A stretch of 32,000 nt of DNA from Methanobrevibacter sp. (lineage in GTDB: Archaea > Methanobacteriota > Methanobacteria > Methanobacteriales > Methanobacteriaceae), in contig NZ_JAFRJO010000004.1 of the NCBI RefSeq assembly GCF_017432245.1, positions 25,072 to 57,071 on the forward strand, read 5' to 3'. Below, one piece after another: positions 18,035-26,716 of the stretch (its first letter is position 1; every line of letters starts with the position of its first letter). Position numbers and translations under genes: made by a program. Below the pieces are notes generated by a model that was not told the origin of the DNA, did not search any database, and worked only from the letters and a program-made list of their open reading frames with translations.

Positions 18035-19570
18035 ATGAATGCAATAGACATTGAAGATGTAAAGGAAGAATTGAAAATCCCTGATAAGATCAGAATTTTT
18101 GATACAACCTTAAGAGATGGAGAACAGGCTCCAGGCATCGCTTTAACAGTTGATGAGAAGATAAAGATAGCTCAAAAGCTGGATGAACTTGGAGTGGACA
18201 CCATAGAAATGGGTTTTCCAACTGTATCAGAAGGGGAAAGAAAAGCCGCAAAAAGAATGGTGGAATTAGGCTTTAAGTCTAATATATGCGGTTTAGCAAG
18301 AGTATTGCAAAAGGATATCGATGCAGTAATCGACTCTGACTTATCATATGCTCACTTGTTTATTGGAACTTCTCCTCTCCATAGAGACTACAAACTGAAA
18401 AAGTCAAAAGAGGAAATATTGAATCAAGCGATTGAAGCGGTTGAATATGCAAAAGACCATGGGCTTACTGTGGAATTTTCAGCTGAAGACGCTACAAGGA
18501 CCGAACTTAATTATCTAATAGAATTCTATAAAGGTGTTGAAGGTGCAGGAGCGGACATAATAAATGTACCGGACACTGTTGGAATCTTAGTCCCATCCAC
18601 TACAAGAGATTTAATAAGAATCCTAAGAAAGAAAATAAATGTTCCTATAAGCCTTCATTTCCACAATGACTTTGGGCTTGCTGTATCAAACTCAATCATT
18701 GGTATTGAGGAAGGGGCAAACCAAGCTCATTGTACTATAAACGGTATTGGGGAAAGAGCTGGAAACACCTCTTTAGAGGAACTTGTAGTTAGCTTGAAGA
18801 TAGCTTATGGTGCTAATATTGGTGTTGACACAACAAAACTTTATGACACATCCAATTTCATTGGATCAATTACAGGTATTAAGATGCCTCCTACAAAGCC
18901 TATAGTGGGAGAAAATGCATTCGCTCATGAATCAGGCATCCATGTGGATGGAATATTGAAAAACACTTCTACCTATGAACCGATTCCACCTGAACTTGTT
19001 GGCCACAAAAGAAGAATTGCCCTTGGAAAGCATACTGGCCATGCTGGAATCAAGTCAAAATTGGAAGAGTTCAATATAGAGGTAAGCCCTAAGCAATTCG
19101 AAAACATTTACAATCAGGTAAAGACACTTGGGGATAAGGGAAAATGCATTACAGATGAGGACTTGAAATCCATTGCAATTACAGAACTAAGTACAAGTGG
19201 TAAAGAGTACATCAAACTGCTTGGAATGAGTGTAATGACTGGAGAATCAGTATCTGCAACAGCAACTGTAAGGCTTTCCATTGAAGGAAAGGTCCTCGAA
19301 ACCTCTCAAATTGGAGTGGGTCCAGTTGATGCAGCCATCGGTGCAATCAAATCACTTGTTAAGGAAACCGTTGACATTAACCTTGAAGAGTACAGACTTG
19401 AAGCGGTGAGCGGTGGTACTGATGCATTGGCAGAAACCTTTGTAGTGATTTCAGACAATGATGGGCATAGGGCAACAGGAAGAGCTACAAGAGAGGACGT
19501 TATCATTTCAAGTGTGGTTGCAGTCATCAACTCTATAAATAGATTGTTGGCTATTGAGAAGAATAGCTGA
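18035..19570 (+). CDS. 2-isopropylmalate synthase / (R)-citramalate synthase family enzyme (LeuA/CimA)
   Basis: IRIFDTTLRDGEQAPG, HFHNDFGLAVSNS and HESGIHVDG catalytic motifs, plus a C-terminal LeuA-dimer regulatory domain. LeuA versus CimA is not resolvable by inspection. Confidence 0.85.
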   Translation: MNAIDIEDVKEELKIPDKIRIFDTTLRDGEQAPGIALTVDEKIKIAQKLDELGVDTIEMGFPTVSEGERKAAKRMVELGFKSNICGLARVLQKDIDAVIDSDLSYAHLFIGTSPLHRDYKLKKSKEEILNQAIEAVEYAKDHGLTVEFSAEDATRTELNYLIEFYKGVEGAGADIINVPDTVGILVPSTTRDLIRILRKKINVPISLHFHNDFGLAVSNSIIGIEEGANQAHCTINGIGERAGNTSLEELVVSLKIAYGANIGVDTTKLYDTSNFIGSITGIKMPPTKPIVGENAFAHESGIHVDGILKNTSTYEPIPPELVGHKRRIALGKHTGHAGIKSKLEEFNIEVSPKQFENIYNQVKTLGDKGKCITDEDLKSIAITELSTSGKEYIKLLGMSVMTGESVSATATVRLSIEGKVLETSQIGVGPVDAAIGAIKSLVKETVDINLEEYRLEAVSGGTDALAETFVVISDNDGHRATGRATREDVIISSVVAVINSINRLLAIEKNS

Positions 19571-20056
19571 ACTTTCTTCTTTTTTTAATCTTTTACTTAT
19601 TTTGCTTTTTCTAATTTTCTATTTTTTATAATTCTTTAATTTATTATATTTTTTAAAAATTTTCAGATATAATTTTAATAATGTATAAATTAACTTTTTT
19701 TTAATTTGATTTTATTTCTTTTTTTATTAATTTTAACTAAAAAATCCTATAATAATTATATTTTGTATATTTTTTAGAATAAAAACTGAATAATTGGCTA
19801 TATTTAAAAATAATACACCATATTTCTTTAAACGCCTATTAAACTATTTTAAAAATGTTCAAAAAATACCAAATTAATTAAAAAAAATGAAAATTTGTTT
19901 GATAATATTAAACAAATAAATAAAAAATTTTATATGCCTTAAACGAGAAATATTTAAAGCACCCACGCAAAAAATTATATTTAACTTAGTTAAGTGGTTA
20001 GGATAATATAAAAAAAATTATCAAAAAATGAATTTGTTTGAAAAAACGGTGATAAT

Positions 20057-20884
20057 ATGAAGAATAAATTTTTTGGAATAATGACAATAATGTTATTATT
20101 AGTAATAATATCAACATTGACAGTTCCAACCGTATTTGCAACAGAGGCAACGGTAGTTGCAAATGCAAGTAGCGGTGACTGTTATAATGTTACTTTTGAA
20201 ACAGAGGGAGATAATTATTCGTCCTATTGTGTGCAGAAAGGTATGACTGTTCCTGAAGTTGACACTGTATATAATGTTGAAGAAAATATAACATCAACTG
20301 AGGTAATAACAGATGTACAAGCTGATAAAGTCAAAATATTCGCTATAAAGTATAGAAATGAAGATTTGACTCATTTTACTGTTAATCCTAAAACAGGAGC
20401 CCTAGGTAAAGAGCTTGATGATGTGACATCAAGACAGTTAATTATTTGGTATCTTATTGGACAAGGAGAAGAAGGATGGTTTAAAACTAATCATGTTAAC
20501 ATAAGCATCATAGAAGATATTAATAAATCATATGCTGATGGATTGAAATATCCGGATAAGGGAACTATTCCTATAAACAACACAACTCAGTTTAATTATA
20601 CTTTCAAGTATTTCAGCAGCAAAGACGGTAGTCTTCAAGATTTCATAGGATGGTTCTTCGTTGAATCTGATATCCCGCCTCAAAATAATGAGACAAACAA
20701 TACAACCAATGAAACACCTCCTCCAAAGAATGAAACAGAACCTCCAATCAATGTGGCTCCAGCAGAGATTCAAAAAACATATACCAAAAAAGTACCAATG
20801 ACTAATGCTGCAGGAAATCCTTTGGGACTATTGGCATTCGCTGGATTAGGTTTAGGACTAACTCTTAGAAGGAGAAGAAACTAG
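20057..20884 (+). CDS. Secreted, sequon-rich surface (adhesin-like) protein with TED-like Cys/Gln motifs and a C-terminal tripartite sorting signal
   Basis: Signal peptide MKNKFFGIMTIMLLLVIISTLTVPTVFA. YCVQ with Cys58 (nt 20228-20230) and RQLIIW with Gln127 (nt 20435-20437). At least a dozen N-x-S/T sequons. A P/N/T-rich stalk PPQNNETNNTTNETPPPKNETEPP. C-terminus VPMTN-AAGNPLGLLAFAGLGLGLTL-RRRRN. Confidence 0.8.
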   Translation: MKNKFFGIMTIMLLLVIISTLTVPTVFATEATVVANASSGDCYNVTFETEGDNYSSYCVQKGMTVPEVDTVYNVEENITSTEVITDVQADKVKIFAIKYRNEDLTHFTVNPKTGALGKELDDVTSRQLIIWYLIGQGEEGWFKTNHVNISIIEDINKSYADGLKYPDKGTIPINNTTQFNYTFKYFSSKDGSLQDFIGWFFVESDIPPQNNETNNTTNETPPPKNETEPPINVAPAEIQKTYTKKVPMTNAAGNPLGLLAFAGLGLGLTLRRRRN

Positions 20885-20978
20885 ATCAATAACTTGAATT
20901 GATATGAAAGCAAGAACATTATAAAAAAAATCTGAAAATATTTAGAAGATTTTATGAAAAATTTCTTTTAATCTTAAC

Positions 20979-21836
20979 TCATAATGTGCCGATAGCCATG
21001 GTCAAAATATTTCTTAAACCTGGCGCCAATCCTAGTACAAATACTGTTAATTTTAATAGATTTTTTATGGTTGAGTCATCGAAATATTGATCGATAATGT
21101 ATAATACTGCAACGATGACAATAATTTTCATAGGAAATAGGGTGAGATATGTATTGAATAGTTGATTTAGAGCATTTGGTAAAACGTGCTGTTCTGCATA
21201 ATTGAAGTATTCTACTGCAACATAAGTTGTTGATGCATCGAACAGGTGGGTAAGTACGATGGAAAAATCAATTTTATGATCAAGTACTTTTTGAGCAATG
21301 TTAGAGAATACGTAGTCATTATTGTTGTCCATATATTTATTCGTAATGTATAAAACTAAAAATGCGATTCCCATAAAAATCAATGATGATATCATCCAAG
21401 TTGCTAAAACATAAAGTATTGCTGTATAATTTAGACTTGAGAAAAAAATAATGTTGGGAATCATAAAAATTAATCCCATGCAAAATAATGAATATCTATA
21501 ATCAATAGATTTTTTATGAAATAGATAAACGCTGAATAAAAATGAAAAGATTGTAATCAATCCTACAAGAATATATAGTCCAGGAGTGATCAAGAAAACC
21601 GTTTTAGGTAAAATTCCATTATCCACTAAAGCTCGAGTTGATGATCCGAGAAAAATGAATGGGATGATTGAATAGAAAATTGAAAGTGGGTCAATCTCCA
21701 ATTTCTTAAACATTTTGATAATGGCCAATATGAAGATTACTAAAATCAGTGTATAGACTATTGTATTGAAAACAGTGTATCCAGAGAAAAAAGTGCTTTG
21801 TACAAAATCTGGAAGAAAAGTGTCTACAGTAGGCAT
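20979..21836 (-). CDS. Archaeal polytopic membrane protein (DUF63-like)
   Basis: 285 aa, about 7-8 TM helices. The N-terminus (short soluble lead, then YTVFNTIVYTLILVIFILAIIKMF) resembles the DUF63 family. It lies 40 bp downstream of the PHP gene, so they are probably co-transcribed. Confidence 0.55.
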   Translation of the reverse strand: MPTVDTFLPDFVQSTFFSGYTVFNTIVYTLILVIFILAIIKMFKKLEIDPLSIFYSIIPFIFLGSSTRALVDNGILPKTVFLITPGLYILVGLITIFSFLFSVYLFHKKSIDYRYSLFCMGLIFMIPNIIFFSSLNYTAILYVLATWMISSLIFMGIAFLVLYITNKYMDNNNDYVFSNIAQKVLDHKIDFSIVLTHLFDASTTYVAVEYFNYAEQHVLPNALNQLFNTYLTLFPMKIIVIVAVLYIIDQYFDDSTIKNLLKLTVFVLGLAPGLRNILTMAIGTL

Positions 21837-21876
21837 ATTATCATCAACATATTCATTATAAATTAAAACTTATAGA

Positions 21877-22542
21877 CTACTCTTCTCTTTTTGGATACCT
21901 TCTAAGGACTTTCTTTACAAAGACTTCCTTAGCTATGAGGAAATTGCTTGTTCTATGACCCATTGCCTTACATCGTCTATGTTTAATGGCTTTCAATATG
22001 CCATCTACAGAATCATCTCCTTTGGTGTTGACTTCAGTGAATGCATCTCCTACAGACTTGAGGAAATGAGAGTCACTAGCACCTAAAGTTGCAAGCCTTT
22101 TATTGTATGCCAATGTTTCTGCCTGCTTGTTTGAGTATCCGAAAATGTACCTTGCATTTTTGGTTTCTACACCATCAACAACAAGGTTCTTGTCAACATT
22201 GCAGAAGAGGCCGTGCCTATAATATGAAAATGGATGAGGTACAATAGCAAGCCCACCTGCATCATGAATTCTATCTACAGTCTCTACAGCAGACAATCCT
22301 TTTGGAATGATTTCATCTACACCTAATCCTAAAATATGGCCTTTGTCAGATGATATTTCAATAGATGGGACTACAATGATGTTACCGCCATAAGACCTTG
22401 CAAGTCGTGATCCTTTAATTTCATTATGATCGCTGATTGCAATAGCATCTAATCCCTTCTTTTCAGCTTGTATTAAAATGTCTATAACTTCTGAACGGGA
22501 ATCGCCTGAATAAACACTATGGATATGTGGATCAAATTTCAT
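21877..22542 (-). CDS. PHP-domain metal-dependent phosphoesterase
   Basis: KFDPHIHSVYSGDS...GLDAIAISDHN...VPHPF...GASDSHF are PHP His/Asp metal motifs. ATG 22542, with a GAGG RBS 6 nt upstream, is preferred; the track ORF starts 12 nt further up at 22554. Confidence 0.8.
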   Translation of the reverse strand: MKFDPHIHSVYSGDSRSEVIDILIQAEKKGLDAIAISDHNEIKGSRLARSYGGNIIVVPSIEISSDKGHILGLGVDEIIPKGLSAVETVDRIHDAGGLAIVPHPFSYYRHGLFCNVDKNLVVDGVETKNARYIFGYSNKQAETLAYNKRLATLGASDSHFLKSVGDAFTEVNTKGDDSVDGILKAIKHRRCKAMGHRTSNFLIAKEVFVKKVLRRYPKREE

Positions 22543-22905
22543 ATTATGCCTCATTTTTTCTATTAAATTAAATTGCTATTATTAATATTATCAATTGTTA
22601 TATTAGTATTAATCCATTATAAACTTTTTTTATATCTCCATAAATATTAATGAAAAATTTTACTGATACTCAAAATAAATTGTAAAAAAAATTACTGTAT
22701 ATTCGAAAAAAGTTGCAAGGAAAAATGAAAAAGTAACTAGGAAATGATGAAATTTGAGAAAAAAATTACTGAATAAAGGTTAAAAGTAACTGAAAAAATT
22801 AAAAAAATAGGAAAAATGTATGTAAATAAATAAGATAAATAAAATTATTATTAATTTTATTATATTTTTAAAAATCATTAGATTATAATTATATTAATAA
22901 TTTTA

Positions 22906-23964
22906 TTATTCTTTTCTTAAGAATTCCATGGATTTTACAAGGCCAACAGTGCCTGTCATCATCACATCTCCACCAGGAGCTGCATGATAATAGTCAAGAT
23001 TAGTGCCTTCTATCAATGCTCTTTTTGGGCCAGCTACGATAACTTTTTCCAATTTGGAAATAGGATTCAATGCAAATGCACCGTGCCCTCCTTCACCATG
23101 AACGTCCTCGTGCTTAATTGTTCCATCAGCAAGGGCTAAAACAAGCTCTTCAAGTCTTTGAGAGGTCAAATCTCTTGTGTGGTGCTCGAATACACCCTGT
23201 ATTTTACCATCTTCAATTGACGCTACAGTAGTATGTCCATTGCCTATATCCATAACAACAAAGCTATTTAACTTTAGAACTTCCTTATCGTAACATACTC
23301 CAGCGATTGATGCAAACTTGGTATCCATTAGAACTGGTTTAAATTCAGGGTTTTCTTTAGCTAATGACTTTATGACAGATTGCATTCTTGTAAAGTATTC
23401 AGGAACTTCTTCAGCTTCCATTGCAAAAGTTTCAGGCTCCATAGGTTCTGGGAGCTTTTCCTTGATTTTCTCGAATCTGAAGTCCCTGTCTCCCATATCC
23501 TCACTGTATCCATGATCTTGAACAGCTACAATGAGCTCATCCACATTCAAGTCAAGGTCAAATGAAGAGAATATATCAATCAAATGATTTACATCCACAT
23601 CCTTTAAAGATATTTTTGCATAATTTGAATAGCTTGAATCGTTTTCGTATGCATTGTCCTCTGCTATTTCAAATCCATATGACTTTACCTGTTCTATATT
23701 GTCACGGATTGTTCTTGCTGCCAAATCCTCGAAAGCAATCTTATATCCTTTTTCCATATGCTCAAGGCATCTATCCTTGATCTTTCCTCCACCCATGATG
23801 ACACCATCAAAATAAATGTCACTTTCACATTCAGATATCATCTGGCCAATGGTTAAATGAGGAGAGGGAATAACCAATTTCATTGAATTTTCAATCTCTT
23901 TTTCACTGTCATACAATAAAACGTCTTCTGTGCCAGTTCCTACATCAATAGCTAAAATTTTCAT
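22906..23964 (-). CDS. ASKHA-fold (actin/Hsp70/sugar-kinase-like) ATPase-like protein, DUF1786-type
   Basis: The N-terminal phosphate-1 motif MKILAIDVGTGTEDVLLYD, a second DIGNGHT motif (VVMDIGNGHTTVASI), and a C-terminal GGDVMMTG. This domain order is typical of methanogen DUF1786 proteins. Confidence 0.65.
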   Translation of the reverse strand: MKILAIDVGTGTEDVLLYDSEKEIENSMKLVIPSPHLTIGQMISECESDIYFDGVIMGGGKIKDRCLEHMEKGYKIAFEDLAARTIRDNIEQVKSYGFEIAEDNAYENDSSYSNYAKISLKDVDVNHLIDIFSSFDLDLNVDELIVAVQDHGYSEDMGDRDFRFEKIKEKLPEPMEPETFAMEAEEVPEYFTRMQSVIKSLAKENPEFKPVLMDTKFASIAGVCYDKEVLKLNSFVVMDIGNGHTTVASIEDGKIQGVFEHHTRDLTSQRLEELVLALADGTIKHEDVHGEGGHGAFALNPISKLEKVIVAGPKRALIEGTNLDYYHAAPGGDVMMTGTVGLVKSMEFLRKE

Positions 23965-24069
23965 AGTTTTCTATTTGTTTTAAAAATATTTAAGTTTTTT
24001 ATAAATCTTGAAAAAGCTTGAAAAGAACTCTGAAAAACTAAGAAAAATATTTTATTTTAAATACTATAA

Positions 24070-24160
24070 TGTACAAATATGTACTACAAAGCTTTATATA
24101 GTTCATTATACATAATATTAGTACAGAACGATTAAGATTACAATCTTATTACAATCTTAA
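24070..24160 (+). promoter_or_regulatory. Putative trpB2 promoter/operator: TATA box, TRP-box-like hexamers and tandem 11-bp repeat
   Basis: TGTACA at 24070-24075, TGTACT at 24080-24085, consensus TTTATATA at 24093-24100, and AGTACA at 24120-24125, about 25 bp downstream of the TATA at the expected TSS. TTACAATCTTA occurs twice in tandem (24138-24148 and 24149-24159), bracketed by TTAAGATT (24132-24139) / AATCTTAA (24153-24160). Confidence 0.4.
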
Positions 24161-24205
24161 GAAAATTTTTACAAAAAGATTATTTAAAAAACAAAATGTG
24201 ATAAT

Positions 24206-25507
24206 ATGCAATATAGAATTGATTTAACTAACGATGAAGTACCAACCAAATGGTATAATATTAACGCTGATTTACCTGTAGAACTTCCTGCTCCTAAAAA
24301 CAGTGAAGGAAAAGATCAAATAGGCACATTGCCTCAAATATTCGTAAACGAATGTCTTAATCAAGAGTTCGCTACTGACAGATACATAAGTATCCCAAAA
24401 GAGGTAAGAGAACTCTACCAAAGATTAGGAAGACCTACTCCTTTAGTTAGAGCAAAAGGACTTGAAGAAAAACTTAATACGCCTGCAAAAATCTATTATA
24501 AGCGGGAAGACACTTCTCCTACTGGAAGTCACAAGCTAAACAGTGCAATAGCTCAGGCATACTATGCTAAAAAGGAAGGTATTGAAAGAATTACCACAGA
24601 AACCGGTGCAGGGCAATGGGGTACTGCTTTATCCCTTGCAGCTTCCATGATGGGAATCGATTGTACCGTATACATGGTAAGGGTTTCATATGACCAAAAG
24701 CCTTTCAGAAAAACTATCATGCAATTGTATGATGGAGAGGTTCATGCTTCCCCAAGTGAAAATACTGAAGTAGGAAGGAAAGTTCTTGCAGAACATCCAG
24801 ACACTCCAGGTTCCCTTGGAATAGCTATTTCTGAAGCTGTAGAAGATGCTTTAACTGATGATAAAGTAAAATACACCTTAGGAAGTGTATTGAACCACGT
24901 TATCTTGCATCAAACCACAATTGGTCAAGAAATCAAGATTCAATTGGAAAAAGTTGAAGAAGAGCCAGACACAATGATTGCTTGTGTTGGTGGAGGAAGT
25001 AACTTTGGAGGATCCTTGTTCCCATTCATTAAAGACAAGATTCAAGGTAACACCGACACTGAATTCATAGCTGTAGAACCTTCTGCATGCCCTACATTGA
25101 CTCAAGGAGAATACAGATACGACTTTGGTGATGAAGTGGGATTCACTCCTCTCTTGAAGATGTTTACATTAGGACACAACTTCGTTGCTCCTTCTGTACA
25201 TGCAGGTGGACTTAGATACCACGGTATGAACACACAAGTGTCCTTGCTTAGAGACTTAGGCTACATCAATCCAGTTGCTGTTCACCAAAGAGATGTATTT
25301 GCAGCAGGTAAAATGTTTGCATTGTGTGAAGGAGTCATTCCAGCACCTGAAACAAACCATGCAATCAAGGCAGCTATTGATGAAGCTAAAAAATGTAAGG
25401 AAACTGGTGAAGAAAAAACCATTGTTGTTAACTTCTCAGGCCATGGTTTAATGGACTTTAAAGGTTACGCAAGTTATATGGATGGATCTATGGAAAACTC
25501 CAAATAG
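24206..25507 (+). CDS. trpB2: TrpB2-type tryptophan synthase beta-subunit-like PLP enzyme
   Basis: 433 aa with the long TrpB2 N-terminal extension. The PLP-lysine motif is EDTSPTGSHKLNSAIAQAYYAKKEG, followed by GGGSNFGG and then GLRYHG. No other trp genes are adjacent. Confidence 0.9.
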   Translation: MQYRIDLTNDEVPTKWYNINADLPVELPAPKNSEGKDQIGTLPQIFVNECLNQEFATDRYISIPKEVRELYQRLGRPTPLVRAKGLEEKLNTPAKIYYKREDTSPTGSHKLNSAIAQAYYAKKEGIERITTETGAGQWGTALSLAASMMGIDCTVYMVRVSYDQKPFRKTIMQLYDGEVHASPSENTEVGRKVLAEHPDTPGSLGIAISEAVEDALTDDKVKYTLGSVLNHVILHQTTIGQEIKIQLEKVEEEPDTMIACVGGGSNFGGSLFPFIKDKIQGNTDTEFIAVEPSACPTLTQGEYRYDFGDEVGFTPLLKMFTLGHNFVAPSVHAGGLRYHGMNTQVSLLRDLGYINPVAVHQRDVFAAGKMFALCEGVIPAPETNHAIKAAIDEAKKCKETGEEKTIVVNFSGHGLMDFKGYASYMDGSMENSK

Positions 25508-25542
25508 ATTTCCATTCTATTATTTTTTTTTATGATAATTTT

Positions 25543-25783
25543 TAGTTATAAGTTATAAGTTATAACTAATAACTTATAAAATATAAGAAATAACTTAAAA
25601 ATAAAAACTTATAAATGATAAATTATAAAGTAAAAGTAATAAGATATAACTTAAAACTTATATAGTATAACTTATAAATTATAATATATAAGTAATAACT
25701 AGGAAGTAATAACTTACAAATAATAACAAATAAGTTTTAAGAAAAAACTTCTAAGTTATTCCAAGTTATTCATTATAAGTTAT
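25543..25783. repeat. Iteron array of AAGTTAT / ATAACTT (candidate centromere-like site/operator upstream of parA)
   Basis: Perfect AAGTTAT at 25550, 25557, 25753, 25763 and 25777. Perfect ATACTT-orientation copies (ATAACTT) at 25569, 25590, 25646, 25667 and 25709. At least 5 one-mismatch copies, e.g. 25543, 25604, 25653, 25695, 25731. Orientation runs F-F-F, then R x5-8, then F-F-F. The last copy overlaps a TATA-like TTATAAAA about 55 bp before the parA ATG. Confidence 0.8.
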
Positions 25784-25837
25784 AAAATTTAAGAAATCAC
25801 TTTATTTTAAGAAAAAATACTAAGGAGAATTAATATA

Positions 25838-26611
25838 ATGGGAGAAACTATTGCCGTAATGAATCAAAAAGGCGGATGTGGGAAGACTACAACTGTAGTT
25901 AATTTGGCAACATCACTTGCAGCTATGGGAAAGGCCGTCCTTGTAGTCGATATGGATCCGCAAGCTAACGCTACAACAAGTTTTGGAATTAATAAAACAG
26001 AAATCAAGAAGACAGTATACACTGCTTTAGTAAACGAATGCAGTGTTCAAAAAGCTACAATTCCAACAAAAATTGAAAACCTATTCATACTTCCAAGCAA
26101 TATCGACTTAAGCGGTATTGAAGTGGAATTAAGCAAGGAAGCTAACTATCATATAGCTTTAAAGAACTTGCTTGAACCTATTAAAGGCATCTTTGATTAC
26201 ATTATAATAGACTTGCCACCATCTCTTGGAATAATAACAATAAATTCACTAATAGCTGCAGACAGCGTATTGATACCGATTCAAGCTGAATATTTTGCAC
26301 TTGAAGGATTGGCCGACCTGATGAATACAATCAAACTTGTGGAAACAAGATTAAGAAGCCCGACACCAATCAAGGGAATACTTCTAACATTGTATGATGC
26401 AAGAACCAGATTAGGAAGGGAAGTCTATTCCGAGCTAAAAAAATACTTCAAGGACAAGGAATACGTATTCAATACAGTCATTCCAAGAAACATACGTTTG
26501 GCAGAAGCTCCAAGTTATGGAAAACCATGTATTGTCTATGATCCAGAAAGCAAAGGTGCAATAGCTTACTTGAAACTTGCTAAGGAAATATTGGAAAGGG
26601 ATGGAAACTGA
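25838..26611 (+). CDS. parA: ParA/Soj-family partition ATPase (deviant Walker A)
   Basis: IAVMNQKGGCGKTTTVVNLA (KGGxGKT with signature Lys), VLVVDMDPQANAT, IIIDLPPSLG, and LPSNIDLSGIEVEL. 257 aa with no N-terminal HTH. AAGGAGA RBS. Confidence 0.9.
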   Translation: MGETIAVMNQKGGCGKTTTVVNLATSLAAMGKAVLVVDMDPQANATTSFGINKTEIKKTVYTALVNECSVQKATIPTKIENLFILPSNIDLSGIEVELSKEANYHIALKNLLEPIKGIFDYIIIDLPPSLGIITINSLIAADSVLIPIQAEYFALEGLADLMNTIKLVETRLRSPTPIKGILLTLYDARTRLGREVYSELKKYFKDKEYVFNTVIPRNIRLAEAPSYGKPCIVYDPESKGAIAYLKLAKEILERDGN

Positions 26612-26688
26612 AAAATAAAAAATAGAAAGAGAAAGAGAGTTATTGAATTAAAATAGGAATATGATACTTGATGATTACAATAATGATT

Positions 26689-26696
26689 TTTATATA
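26689..26696 (+). promoter_or_regulatory. Consensus archaeal TATA box positioned for a leaderless or near-leaderless transcript of the 26717 gene
   Basis: TTTATATA at 26689-26696. Its centre is about 25 bp upstream of the ATG at 26717, the usual TATA-to-TSS distance in archaea. Confidence 0.35.
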
Positions 26697-26716
26697 ACAC
26701 GAAAGGGTTTGATGAA

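Noticed and set aside
19887-20042. Repeated AATGAA(AA)TTTGTTTGA (19887 and 20028) and small palindromes (TTTGTTT...AAACAAA at about 19893-19916; TTAACTTAGTTAA at 19981-19993) upstream of the adhesin-like gene
   Set aside because: There are only two copies of a very A/T-rich word, and the palindromes are short. This is plausible promoter architecture but not distinguishable from chance by eye.
25543-25783. Could the repeat array be a CRISPR array or a replication origin?
   Set aside because: The repeats are only 7-13 bp, have mixed orientation and irregular spacing, and no cas genes are nearby, so it is not CRISPR. There is no ORB-type element (long conserved origin-recognition box) and no orc1/cdc6 gene adjacent, so an origin is not supported. 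The placement directly upstream of parA favours a par site or operator.
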